Part shown: in pieces, positions 52,037 to 64,000 of the stretch | Numbering within the stretch: the stretch's first letter is position 1 | Layout of the letters: every line of letters begins with the position of its first letter | NCBI RefSeq assembly: GCF_031769215.1 | Contig: NW_026782359.1 | Coordinates: 124,001-188,000, forward strand | DNA from: Ylistrum balloti | Lineage: Eukaryota | Reading direction: 5' to 3' | Length of the DNA: 64,000 nucleotides | Notes under the pieces: model-generated | The model's input: only the letters and a program-made list of their open reading frames with translations | Database searches by the model: none | What the model was told of the DNA's origin: nothing | Made by a program: the position numbers and the translations under genes

Positions 52037-54899
52037 CTACAAGTATCAATTAATCAAATATAGGTCATACAGTTGCATTACATCATAAAAATTATCATAA
52101 CTTTCAACATTAAACCTTACACAGTCAAACAACAAAGGTGTTAAGTGATATAATGTACTGACAGAAAATACACTTGCTGTTAATGGCATTTTAATTTTCA
52201 CTATGGCAGGAATGATTTCCCTGTTTAATCCGCCAAGGGTTGGAGGAGGGTTGGGTGGGGGGAGGGAGGGTAAGTGTGTTTCTAGCCACTGACATATAAT
52301 GTTTTTGACTCATCCTATATGATGTATGATGATATGGGACAGGAAGAGGAGAAGGAAGAATGCTCTAGTTATTTAAATCACATCATTCATTTCCTGGTCA
52401 GAATAGAAAAGTATAGCTTACAGAACTAGTTTTTCTAATTTTTCAAATTTTTGTGGAATATCCTGTCTCTTTGGAAATGAATACATATTGAATCATTTAA
52501 GAAATTACATCAAATCAAGGACAGATTTATTGTATTTCCCTGGTGAGTTTTCTCTGACCATTGAGGATCACATCATCATAATCATTAAAATTTAACTAAC
52601 TGTAATGTTTTCTTTGCGACTAGGAGAATGCTTGGCTGGAGGTGGAATACAGCTTTTATTGTTTACCATATAAGTAAAGTATTAAACCATAAAGCACAAA
52701 TTATGTTTTACCTACATTCAATATTTACAGTGAATCATTGAAATATTTATCATTACCAGGTAAACTATAAAAAAATGAATATGTATACATACAGTATATA
52801 TTACAAATATCAAGATATCAACACCTACCCTATCTGTAACTATAAGTTTGTTGTAAGTCACTTTCCAAAATCTATCATACACAATGAAAGTTAATTTCTA
52901 TTATGTGATAATAGGATAAGATATCACATTCCAACATAATTGCTGTTTTAAGTGTAAACAAATCATTTTTACCATGTAAAAGTATATTAATTATCCTAAA
53001 AATCTTACACAAATTCTGAATATCCCATCGATTTCCTACCTTGAGCTTCACTTGTAATGAAATTGCCTTATCTTCTTCTCTTCACGTTCATGTTGTAGTG
53101 TTCATGTGTTAGGTATTAAATATAATCATATGTACATGTAGGATATTGACAACTTGTATATTGTATTGTGTATGAAGATTTCATTAATATATGCATTTAT
53201 GTGCTTTAAGTGTCTTTCAAGTGCTCATCTGAGTAGTTTTAATTGTAAATTATATTGGTCATTAAACTGGAGAATGTCTTTGTTGATTGTGATGACAATA
53301 AACCTAGTGTCAGATGTGCTCAGGTGAGGGATTCACACCTGTATACACCTGAGTAACTCCTGACAAGTGGTCACCCTAATATCACATTGTTTATTCAATT
53401 GGACATGCTAATTAAAAGTCCTAAGACGTAAACACCTATCAATCAATATTTACACACAGATAAATAATAGGTTACTTTACAGTCAGAAATAAAACCAACC
53501 TCATAAAAAAACTGTACATTCAGTCAAGTTCATAGATCTATCAACGAAAGCAATTTGCATTAATACATTATAACATAAAGTGTTTATTTTCATTGGTTTG
53601 ACTCTATGATAAAGACAAAAAGGAATCAAATAATTGCATGAAAAAAATAAACAAGAATTAAAAAACAAATTGGGAATTTATCAATCAAAGCTAAATGATT
53701 AATAATATTTAGAATTACCAGCAAATTGCCTATGATAGATGAAAACCAATATTGCATGAGTGAAACTGTCAAAAATGTACAGATGAATGTGATAAACAAA
53801 AGAAAAAATCATAACAAAATGCATCATATATAAGTCTGATTTTCCTAGCCTAAAGGATCTTAATTATCATTAGGAAGATATGCTTATGCCTATTTATGCT
53901 GCCATTAGAAATATACAATGTGCACCTGCAAGAACATATCTTTGCATTTTACGTGCCCAGATGTCAACTGCTAATGAACTATGTACCTGTAAGTACATTT
54001 TTAAGCCAGGATATGATTAATATATAATCTTAAATGAATTTTCATTTACCAACACATTTAATGAAAAAAGTGTTGCTTATGTATACTTAGAAGTTTTTCA
54101 GTTTTGCAAGCCTTGGCATGTACAAATTGAAAAATAAAAGGTCCATCAAATCTCATATCAAATGAAAATAAATTCTTTTTATCACATAACTGTGAAAAGT
54201 AACATTTTGACAATTGCCATTATTGACATTTTGAAGTAAAACATGTGGATGACAAAATCAAATGAAGGCAGCCATTTTGAAATTGTGATGTTGAAGCATT
54301 GTCCATATTGACATCATAACCAATTTCTGACTGCTGCTGGCACAGCCATGAAGAACGTTCCACAGTATATTACAGTAGTGACATAACCAATATTACAAGA
54401 GCGAATTCATCGGATATGAGGACGATTATGAAGGCTATATGTTTGTGGATGTTTACAAACATTATCCGAATATAATACAGTGTATTTGGATTCAAAACAA
54501 TTTAGAAATTATTCTAAAATTGTATTCTATTGTAAATTCAATTCCTATCAAATCGGTTGCATTTTGTATAGTTGTTGTTTACAAACCCGTTAGTATGGTC
54601 AGATATAGATAGTCACCATGGCGATTATTATAAATAGCTCTTTAATAAATAGCGATAAATCAACATGTGCCCGGTCTATAACCTGCCTGTAGCCGTATAA
54701 CTAGTAAGTGTTGCCATGTGTTTACCATTTTCTGATATGTTAGTAAAGTTAAAACGTTTTGTTAATATAAATAGAAATGTTGGTATATAAATACTGTAAA
54801 CTTCATTATATGCATAACATTGGAACACCGTTTCACTGGCAAAGCATACTGACCGAAAAGCTAGTTGTTCCTGCCCCTTTCAATATCCACATTTTTCTT

Positions 54900-55600
54900 T
54901 TGTTCGCTGACCGGAAGTTTACAACGGAACAATAATAAAAGAAATGAAGCTGTGCATATCCGGAAATTTCATTCATTCTGAATTCTGCATGGATTTATCA
55001 TTGCAAGATTTAATTCTGACAATGAGTTTTGATTATATGAACCACCTATCTCACGGCTCCCAATGAGATGAAGCTTTCTACTTTCAAAAGCAAATAAATT
55101 TGGTCCCAAAAAGAAATGTTTATACTGTGTCATGCATAATTTTTAAAAAGTTTCTATAAATGGTACGGTGTCCATCTATTTTGTATTGGTAATTCCATAT
55201 CTGGAATAAACTTCAGTCATCTCCTTCGATAAATTCATGCTTGAAAATAAGAAACAACAAAATAATGTTTGATAAAATTAATTGAGCACGCGCAAACTAT
55301 CACGACGTCATACGTGAATATATTTAAAGATTGCATGGCCATTGTCATTGGTCTTTAGGAAATGTAGAGATCACAGGTTACACTATTTTGCAGGTCTCAA
55401 TGTTTTGACATGAATATCACACGGGTAGGCTAGTACACTGAATCATTTTTTACCTCTCGGCTACAGGTGGGTTTGATTACCTTGCGAGCTTCGGATTTTC
55501 CAGTATAGGAAATTTTTGGCATCCAGAATCTGTGGCGCCATTTCTTCAGACGGGAGTGACTTGTGTTAATTCAGCGGAAGTCTCATTCGATATAGCAATA
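54900..55600 (-). promoter_or_regulatory. CpG-containing promoter and first-exon region of the large ZnF gene (candidate exon 1 ends at 55481)
   Basis: ETS-type CCGGAAGT at 54911-54918 and GCGGAAGT at 55574-55581; YY1-like gaaATGGCG at 55536-55544; CRE-like cacgacgtca near 55301; donor AAG|GTAATC at 55480. Confidence 0.45.
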
Positions 55601-56467
55601 TTATCATCGGTCCTACTTTTCCATTATGTGTTTTTCCAAGTTAAATGAAATAGGTTTCTATTTCAATTATGTGTCTTTTCACTTCAGCGTAAAAGATTTT
55701 TTTCTTTTATAATGTGTTCGGGCTCTAATTAGTATTATAGTAAACACCAAATGTTTTGATAATAAACAGGTTAGTCCAAATCTATTGAAGACAATGGGTA
55801 AAGAAGGCAAAATGAATTCTGCTTTACTCAAATAAATTGAACGACAAAAGGATTAAATTTCAAAACGGATAACATCTACTTTATTTAATCTCAAAAATTT
55901 AGTCTTCTTAAAACACGTATTTACTTTTTGAAGTACATTTAAAAAATATAATGTACAACAAATGCGTTGTTTTAGCCGTCAATGCTGGACTACATGGTAG
56001 AGCTCTATTGATTTACGTCTCATTGTTCTAGGATAACAATTAACAATGACACCGAACATTGTGTGATCATGATATGAAGAGATTGCTTAACCTCGAGACC
56101 ATTATATGATATGTATATTTGCACGTTTATTGGCCTGCATGTGGAAGTTAATGGTGCTGTTTATGTATACATGTGTTGCCATGTAATTTTAACGCTTCCC
56201 CTGAAGATATATCCTGCTAGTGTGTTTTTCACAGGTGAAACTGTCCGTCTTGCCGCCTTATCCAGGTGAATTCCCAATCCTATCAACTAATAAGTGTCTT
56301 GTTACGACCTGTAATCCCCTCTGACCGACAGGTTCCTGGCGAAAGGGAGATGTGTTAAAATTTTATAAATTTATAATTCAATTTCAATAAAATATTACCT
56401 TAAGAAGAAATAGAATTAAATGTTAAAACGGCCTGCCACACTCAGCCAAGACCGTCAAAAGGACTTA

Positions 56468-56573
56468 GCACAGGAGGAGGGAGGTGAAAGACGTTAAGAA
56501 AAAGTACATGTACTGAGTGTGCGACCATTAAGAGGAGGATGGATCCAAATTGAGTGACCACATGGCAAAACAT
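56468..56573 (+). pseudogene. Inverted fragment containing a degenerate fourth C2H2 finger of the adjacent pseudogene
   Basis: Reads HRRREVKDVKKKYMY*VCDH*EEDGSKLSDHMAKH, with exact x-x2-C-x12-H-x3-H spacing. The first 25 nt are the perfect reverse complement of 57401-57425. Confidence 0.6.
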
Positions 56574-57400
56574 AATCGTTGAAATTATAACCACAGAAAC
56601 TTAGACGTTCCAGATTGACCCCGCCCTTCATACTGATTTCGATGTTAATTAGTTTATTTACGTTTGTAAAGGTATATATCACAAGTGTGGAAAATATATA
56701 GTTTTTCTCAGCTGCAAACAGCAGCGTATGTGATACAGTTATTCCATAGAAGATCAGGGGCCAAGCTAGCCCAGCAGAAATGTGTAAGCCCAGGCGAGGG
56801 GTCTGAATTTGATGATTTCAAAGATTTTTAGAATCGTTTTCTGAGACAGATTTTTTTTTTATTTATTTAACAACAAACTTCAACCCCTGATATTTATTTT
56901 CAACCTTAGTTTTGTAATTTTGTCCGACATACTTCATTCACGGATTATTTTTTATGTGTAAGCCAGGGCTTTTTCTTTCCCTGAAGATGCAGCGACACAA
57001 ATTGCATTTTTTACGAGACGAAATACCGTTAAAAGAGGATCGCTTGGTGTTCGATGGGAATCCGCACGACGGAACGACAGCAAGCTCTTACTCTCAATAA
57101 GACTACTAATAGTCCTTTAAACATAAGTCTCCGTGTATCGATAAAACGTATAAATCGAAATATCCGAATATAAACATGGAACAGGGAAATATAACCCACA
57201 GGGTTTAATATTATATCATAAAATGAAACATGAAATAAACAATGATTTATTATATAATCACATATCTTCTTTTTCTTATATTTTTGTTATTTTTTTTCTT
57301 CTTTCATTGTGAATATAAAAACACCGAGGGCGGGCTGCTTTCAAAATCACGAAACAAATAGGTTTTTGATTAAATGACCTCACGCTTTACACTTTTTTCA

Positions 57401-58155
57401 GTCTTTCACCTCCCTCCTCCTGTGCCTTTGAAGATTCGCATTGGTAGCAAATGCTTTAGAGCAATAGGTGCACGTATGTAATTTTGTAGCATCATGACAG
57501 CTGCACATGTGTCTTTGCAAAGTGGTCTTGCTAAAACATTTCTTTCCGCAACAGGTGTATTTCCCTAGTCATTGATGCCGTTTTTCGTGTACCACAAGAT
57601 TTGATCTACTGGCAAACAGTTTATCGCATTCTCTTCACAATTGTACACCTCTCTGTTCATCTGTAAAAAGTTTCAGGTAGAAGTCTGTGCTATGTATTAC
57701 ATCAAAACAGCCATGATTTCAAGTTATGAACAATACATCGTTTCCCGATCAAATATTGTGTACGATACGATACTGGAACGAAAACCATTGTATACGATAC
57801 GATTTTTACAATAATATTTAAATATTTTAAATTAAGCGCCCTTTTCACACAATCGGGTTATGAAATTACAAAATATCACAATATTAACAATTAGGGATGT
57901 GACTTTAGTTTATATCTTACAAGAAAAGAGCCAGATGATCAATTTCGTTATAATATTGTGTACGCTAAAATACTGACGGTCAACCCGGAAGCTCAGTTGA
58001 TCGGGTTTAACTAGAAAACTGCACAATTACGTCGTAAATGGTTTTCTCCATAAAATATACTGCCATTTTAGTCTTCTTTGCGCCAGTTTTTAATTAAAAA
58101 GGAAGCAGAGTACCTGATTAAAATAACAAAACTGTCCCGAAGTGGATGACGCCAT
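57401..58155 (-). pseudogene. Two-exon C2H2 zinc-finger pseudogene (exon 1 58114-58155; exon 2 from 57660)
   Basis: aaaATGGCG start, MASSTSGQFCYFNQ|gtactc, phase 0; acceptor ctttttacag|. Reads MNREVYNCEE, then after a 2-nt frameshift near 57630: CDKLFASRSNLVVHEKRHQ*LGKYTCCGKKCFSKTTLQRHMCSCHDATKLHTCTYCSKAFATNANLQRHRRREVKD. In-frame TGA at 57569-57571. Missed by the ORF track. Confidence 0.8.
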
Positions 58156-58800
58156 TTTGAATTTGTGTGTGTACCTTGCTTTATTGTCACGTGGCTTCTA
58201 CACATTGGTACTGTACTTAACGAGAGTAGAGACGTCCCTGGGTAAAACTGCATGTGTTAGACCCGGGGTACAAGACAACACCTTCAATATATCCCTCAAT
58301 GAAGATAAACACAAGCAATGATTACATTATTGAAACAATCATGATTTTTTTACAGTTCATTCAGTAATCAATTACCATTACGTTTTCTTGCTGAGCCTTC
58401 TTGGTCCCTTCCGACCGCTCTCCAACGACATAAACACACTAACGCGGGACAACATAATTATATGACATCTCCGCCAAATGTTACATTAGAGACATTGCGA
58501 ATTTATTTAACAGTCAGATCATGTGATGAAATGTTATTCTTAATGACTTGATGTTGCAGTCATTGGCATAGATATTTCAGTTCTTATTTTTTGTAATGTC
58601 AAATAATGTGATAATCTGATGGTAAACGTTTCGCTTCAATACAGTGGGCGAAAAAATTCAGCAGTAGGTGACCAACGATCTAGCAGCCTTAAAAAGAATT
58701 GGGGAGATAATTCAGTTTCCACTTCCGTTACTCGACACGTCTACTTCCTGTAGAAGCGGGCGGCTTTTTATCGTTTCCATGACAGATGGATGATCTTTAT
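58140..58800. promoter_or_regulatory. Candidate bidirectional promoter between the ZnF pseudogene (-) and a plus-strand transcript
   Basis: YY1-type AAAATGGCG on the minus strand at 58150-58158; ETS-type acttccgt at 58721 and acttcctg at 58743; locally raised CpG content. Confidence 0.35.
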
Positions 58801-58919
58801 ATCTTTAATACGTTTGCAGCTTCACAAAACCTCTTGAAATGTAACTATGATTCATTGTGAGTGGTCCAGGAGAACCTTTCCATACAGGTTCTTGGTGGAT
58901 ACCTGAACCTCGAGTTTCC

Positions 58920-61900
58920 ATGGCCAGGTAAGGAGACATGACAAGACGAAGATCATGAACACGGTGATTTAATGTTGCATGCACCAACACGCTTATTTTG
59001 AATTAAAATATATGTTTTGGACAATGGTTATAAAATTCATACTGTTTGTCTTAAACATTTGTATCCTGTAAAATTAATTAGTATCTTCCTTAATTACAAG
59101 TACTCTAGTGGAATCACAGAAGTTCCGCCCCAAAAGTTTTCCCCCATGTCATTACCTGATGACTTCGATTCATATTGTCCCAATCTACAGGTCATTACAT
59201 CCCAAATTCACCACCGTATCACCCTACATTTTATATTTTGTACCCAAACTATATAGCATCAGATATAAATTTCAAGTGTAATATCATTATACTAGTTGTG
59301 TATCTGTATACAATTATATAATTATTACTGACATTACATGGAAGTCAGTGAAGTTAACGTTTTCAACATATTTGCTTCATTCAAAGGCAAGTCCATCCTA
59401 TTTGGTGTCATTCACGCCTTGTGTGATCTGCAGAAAAGCATCCCTTTGATGAAGATTCATGCCACGTGCACTTTCAGCATGTTTCTGTGCAAAAAATTAT
59501 AACACAAAATAGATGTGAGTTTCATGGTGAAAGCAAGTGAGATACAAGGTATTTTTTTGATGATCTAAGGATATTCATGTCTAACCATCAGAACATTTGG
59601 ATAAAGGGATGCAAGTACCAAAAATTGCAATAACGAAATTCAACCAACTCAAAAATCTTTTGTTTTACCAACTCACTAGATTTGTTGTCCATTTTTTTGA
59701 TGTGCACACCATGATCATGACCAAGAATATGTCAGTGTTTTACATTTTCCCAATATAGGTATAGCCAGATTTGCAGATACTCCAGTACCTGTTTTTTTAC
59801 CTCCATAGGATGCTTATATATACACGTCTATATTACTTCTTGAATGTGTTATCTGCATTAAGGTCATGGCTTTTGAAACTAGTTATTAACTAGTAATTTT
59901 TATTATGTTGTCAATGACAAGAAAATCTATTTCTGTCATATAAACATTGTTTGCTGTCCTGCATTCAGATAACAACATGTTAATCAAGCTTGTAAGTTGT
60001 GTACATATTATACAGAGGTTATACATTTTGTCTGTAATATTTCTATCATTTGACCATTGAATATTACATACACAACAATTTGCTACATTCAACAGTACAG
60101 GATGCAGATATCTATATCTGTTTTGTTTTTACTGCATGTATTTTATGATGGATATCTATCAATAAATTATGGGTGTTAGAATTATTTGATTAAAAAAGAT
60201 AAAAACAATAGATATCAACAAAAAATAATGTAAAACTTACAACAGTTACTTGTCCTTGATACCTTAAGACAGAAATCTTCAAATGTGTCCATACATTTTA
60301 AGTACAACAGGGATTAAACAGTATATAATATACATGTAACATTTTGATAAATTTCTATGTACAACGGAATGTTTATAACATGTAACAGCATTTTGATTAT
60401 TTTATGGATACAACAGAAGGTATAGAACATGAAAAAGTACTTATGAAAGAATTTGAATTTACACATAGAGGTCTGTAGGAAAAAAAGGGCATTATAGATT
60501 TAAGGAAATATATGATGGGGCATTATGGAAATTTGAAGTGGGGTGATATGAATTAATCTTGGGACATTTGTAGTAGCATGGGATGCAACTATTTGCCCTC
60601 GAGTGTTGAATTAGTATCCTAATCGATGTTTCACACTACAACATTTCATCCCAAAGACAAATCTTTTTGCATCAACTGTCATTACATATACATATTTTGT
60701 TTGTACGTCTTTTACTTCTTTCTGTTATCACTTTGCAGTAGACATTAAAACTCAGTCAGCCCAGAATACAGTTCTTAACTTGTGTCCTGATATAATAAAT
60801 TCAAAAGTTTTTAGAGAATTATTATGCACATGTAACTATCTAGTTGAACACAACCCCTCTAAATCCAATGACTTATGTCACGTGACCATGTCACAAAAAA
60901 CATGTGATGGTCAATATGATAAATACCTACTTACCTATGCTTTATACACAAATTGCCAGTGGTGCTGGATTGTGCCAGATCTGTTGATATAAAATATGGA
61001 AATGTTTTATTTGTCAAAAGGCAATCTAAGTAATATGATAAGCAATATAAGTACATAAATATACATTGTATACCTACTTATTACCTTTGTCTTTATAAAT
61101 TTTTGTTCAGATATTAAATGCATGCTGTTTTCTACTTATCACTTCTCAAGTTTATTGTTAAAATACAATGTAACATGCATGTTATAAGTTAAAATAATTT
61201 GTTTACTTCTCAAAGTTCATGAACAGTATATTTTTAGGTACATGTAAAGTCAATGTAGATTGTGCATGATAATTAATAATTTCAATGATTTAGTCCAATA
61301 ACAGCAATGAATCCAAACACAAATTGGCAAACGGTGTATGTGCTGAATTTTTTTCCAATCTGACTTATGTCTGAATTATATATGAATTTAATTATTTGAG
61401 GACAAAAATTGATATATGAAAAAATAGTAAAAATAATGCTAAGTTAAATCAGCTGTCCATGGAATTTTAGCAAAAATTTGCATATTTTAACCATGATATT
61501 TAGAGCTGTATAAATATATATAAATCCTGGACACATGGAAAAATATAATGTATTGCCACCTTTGTCCTTGAAATGGGAAGCACAATAATACATTGTACAT
61601 TTGTTTTAGAATATTGTATGCAATAATACATTGTACATTTGTTTTAGAATATTGTATGCAATAATACATTGTAGATTTGTTTTAGAATATTGCACTATCA
61701 TTATCTTTCTTGGTCATGGTATACACTGTTTGTACCTAACTACAATTTTTGTATTATAGGTAATGATACAGGAATCATAGTGATTTGGTTGATATGGGGT
61801 AGCTGAAATAATTCTCCTAATCATGAATAGTTAATCTGAGGCATAATTATCTCCCTTGGATTTATGAAATTCATGAACTCTGTACAAGAACAAGATTTTC

Positions 61901-62385
61901 TTCCTCCTTTCTTTACTTAAATACCTCATGATAGGAATAATTTTTGGAATAATTTATAATATTTAAGAAGAAAAATTGCAATTATTTAAATAATATCTGA
62001 CCCTTTAATATCAGTGTCCCAAATTAGTATACTGGTAAATTTCATGACAAATGATATGAAAAAAAATAATAACATGGCCAACAGTCTCTGAAATGTCAGT
62101 CTGATGCTTCTATAATCTCATGATTTTTGTATATTGTACTAGATCTATATTCTAAGTAACTACATTGTTTTTCCAGCTTATATATAGTAGATGAATTCAG
62201 AAGCATGTAAGTATTAATTGTACAGCTACTGGGAGGTTGCTACTACTTACAAAAGTTACATAATTAAAAGCTGCATGTTGATACATGTATCAAAATTGTA
62301 TTGATGATAATCATTTATCACACCCAATGCTAGAACTAATAAGGCTATAACTATAGGCTAAATTTTACAAGAACTTTTGTTACCG

Positions 62386-62417
<32 letters not shown>

Positions 62418-62978
62418 TTTTTGTTTTTTTTTTTTGAGGGAGAATGGATTCGATTTTAAAAAATTTCAATGAGTACCTGATTTGATCTTTTAAATTTTTA
62501 CCTGTAAATATTATATATATGTACAACAGAAAATTGTGTTTCTCAATTATTTCTTATTTATTCAATTTAATAGTTTATCACCCTGTTATAATCACAGAGT
62601 AAATTGAAGGCAAAAGTCAAATTAGAAACATTAAATTGTACATAATTATAATGTTATCCATGGATTGTGCTTTCAGCAATTCCACTCTTCTCAGTTTTAA
62701 TGAATGCTTTATAAATAAACAAGAAACATAAGAATTTTGGGTCTTCAGGTCTTAGTACAATGGTTATGTTTATAAGCATGTGATGGAGTAGTAGTTATTG
62801 TGTATGTGATAAGATTTCCTAGCTTGCATGGTTTAAGGAACAATGGAAGAAGCGTTCTTCATTTTCATCTGCAAGATATTTTTACACATCCATTGTTTCT
62901 AGGTATATTGTTCAAGTCAATTATTTTCAAAATATGAAACTGCCTTGGAGCAAACAGATCCATGGATTATGCAACAAT
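58920..62978 (+). CDS. Low-confidence spliced plus-strand gene, product unknown; candidate exons 58920-58927, 59109-59190, 59434-59514, 59969-59991, 62177-62206, 62903-62978
   Basis: Canonical AG/GT-bounded blocks. The first two join to MASGITEVPPQKFSPMSLPDDFDSYCPNLQ; 59434+59969 join to EKHPFDEDSCHVHFQHVSVQKIITQNRYNNMLIKL; 62177+62903 join in phase 2. I could not link all blocks in one frame. Confidence 0.3.
61583..61694. repeat. 38-bp tandem repeat, 3 copies
   Basis: caataatacattgtacatttgttttagaatattgtatg at 61583, 61621 and 61659. Confidence 0.93.
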
Positions 62979-63070
62979 GTATGCTTAATATTCCAAACAA
63001 TTTCACAAAATGTAATGTACCTACTAATTTTACATCTCATGCTCTTTAATACGATGAAGCATGCAGATGT

Positions 63071-63804
63071 CATAGACAATTCTACAGTTAAAAGTGACAT
63101 AGATGGTTCTACAGTTAAAAGTGGCATAGATGGTTCTACAGTTCAAAGTGGCATAGATGGTTCTACAGTTCAAAGTGGCATAAATGGTTCTAAAGTTCAA
63201 AGTGGCATAGATGGTTCTACAGTTCAGAGTGGCATAGATGGTTCTACAGTTCAAAGTGGAATAGATGGTTCTACAGTTCAAAGTGGCAGAGATGGTTCTA
63301 CAGTTAAAAGTGGCATAGATGGTTCTACAGTTCAAAGTGGAATAGATGGTTCTACAGTTCAAAGTGGAATAGATGGTTCTACAGTTCAAAGTGGCAGAGA
63401 TGGTTCTACAGTTCAAAGTGGAATAGATGGTTCTACAGTTCAAAGTGGCAGAGATGGTTCTAAAGTTCAAAGTGGAATAGATGGTTCTACAGTTCAAAGT
63501 GGCAGAGATGGTTCTAAAGTTCAAAGTGGAATAGATGGTTCTAAAGTTCAAAGTGGAATAGATGGTTCTACAGTTCAAAGTGGAATAGATGGTTCTACAG
63601 TTCAAAGTGGCATAGATGGTTCTACAGTTCAAAGTGGCATAGATGGTTCTACAGTTCAAAGTGGCAGAGATGGTTCTACAGTTCAAAGTGGAATAGATGG
63701 TTCTACAGTTAAAAGTGGCATAGATGGTTCTACAGTTCAAAGTGGCATATATGGTTCTACAGTTCAAAGTGGCATAGATGGTTCTACAGTTCATAGTTGG
63801 GAGA
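63071..63804. repeat. Homogeneous 27-bp satellite, about 27 copies
   Basis: Unit gatggttctacagttcaaagtggcata; accounts for ORFs 62934-63833 and 63030-63794. Confidence 0.97.
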
Positions 63805-64000
63805 GACGGTTCTATAGCTTACAGTTGTCATAGATAGTTCTATAGCTTACAGTTGTCATAGATAGTTCTATAGCTTACAGTTGTCATAGATGGTTCTATA
63901 GCTTACAGTTGTCATAGATGGTTCTATAGCTTACAGTTGTCATAGATGGTTCTATAGCTTACAGTTGTCATAGATGGTTCTATAGCTTACAGTTGTCATA
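63805..64000. repeat. 28-bp satellite, at least 7 copies, runs off the window end
   Basis: Unit gatggttctatagcttacagttgtcata. Confidence 0.97.

Noticed and set aside
59387-59514. In-frame TGA (59424-59426) as selenocysteine
   Set aside because: A good acceptor at 59433 bypasses the TGA, there is no resemblance to known selenoprotein families, and no SECIS was identified.
62934-63833. 299-aa Gly/Ser-rich repeat protein and the 254-aa antisense ORF
   Set aside because: The 27-bp unit lacks stops in these frames by construction, a candidate donor at 62979 would make the array intronic, and the array continues into a frame-breaking 28-mer.

Overview
AT-rich, intron-containing eukaryotic DNA, most likely from a bivalve mollusc. 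That taxon call is an inference from the repeat families and perlucin-type lectins. Minus-strand genes, left to right: the first coding exon of a secreted SRCR-domain protein (5369-5630); two tandem C-type lectin genes with matching exon phases (CTL-1 25834-34176, EPN/WND; CTL-2 36321-~38047, EPD/WRA); a gene whose main ORF is a single 4.36-kb exon encoding about 1453 aa with 22 C2H2 zinc fingers (42738-47099), plus candidate 5' UTR exons at 51961-52036 and 55481-~55600; and a two-exon C2H2 zinc-finger pseudogene (57401-58155) whose apparent fourth finger lies inverted about 900 bp away. A weakly supported spliced transcript starts on the plus strand near 58.9 kb. Repeats include a mariner transposase relic, two non-autonomous Helentron-type (HINE) elements, a decayed reverse-transcriptase fragment, and many mini- and microsatellites. 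No CRISPR, rRNA or tRNA genes are supported. The most unusual features are the large ZnF protein, which repeats one three-finger recognition module under evident purifying selection and carries four CtBP-type xDLS motifs, and the inversion-split ZnF pseudogene just upstream of it. All splice models were read by eye and no database search was run.
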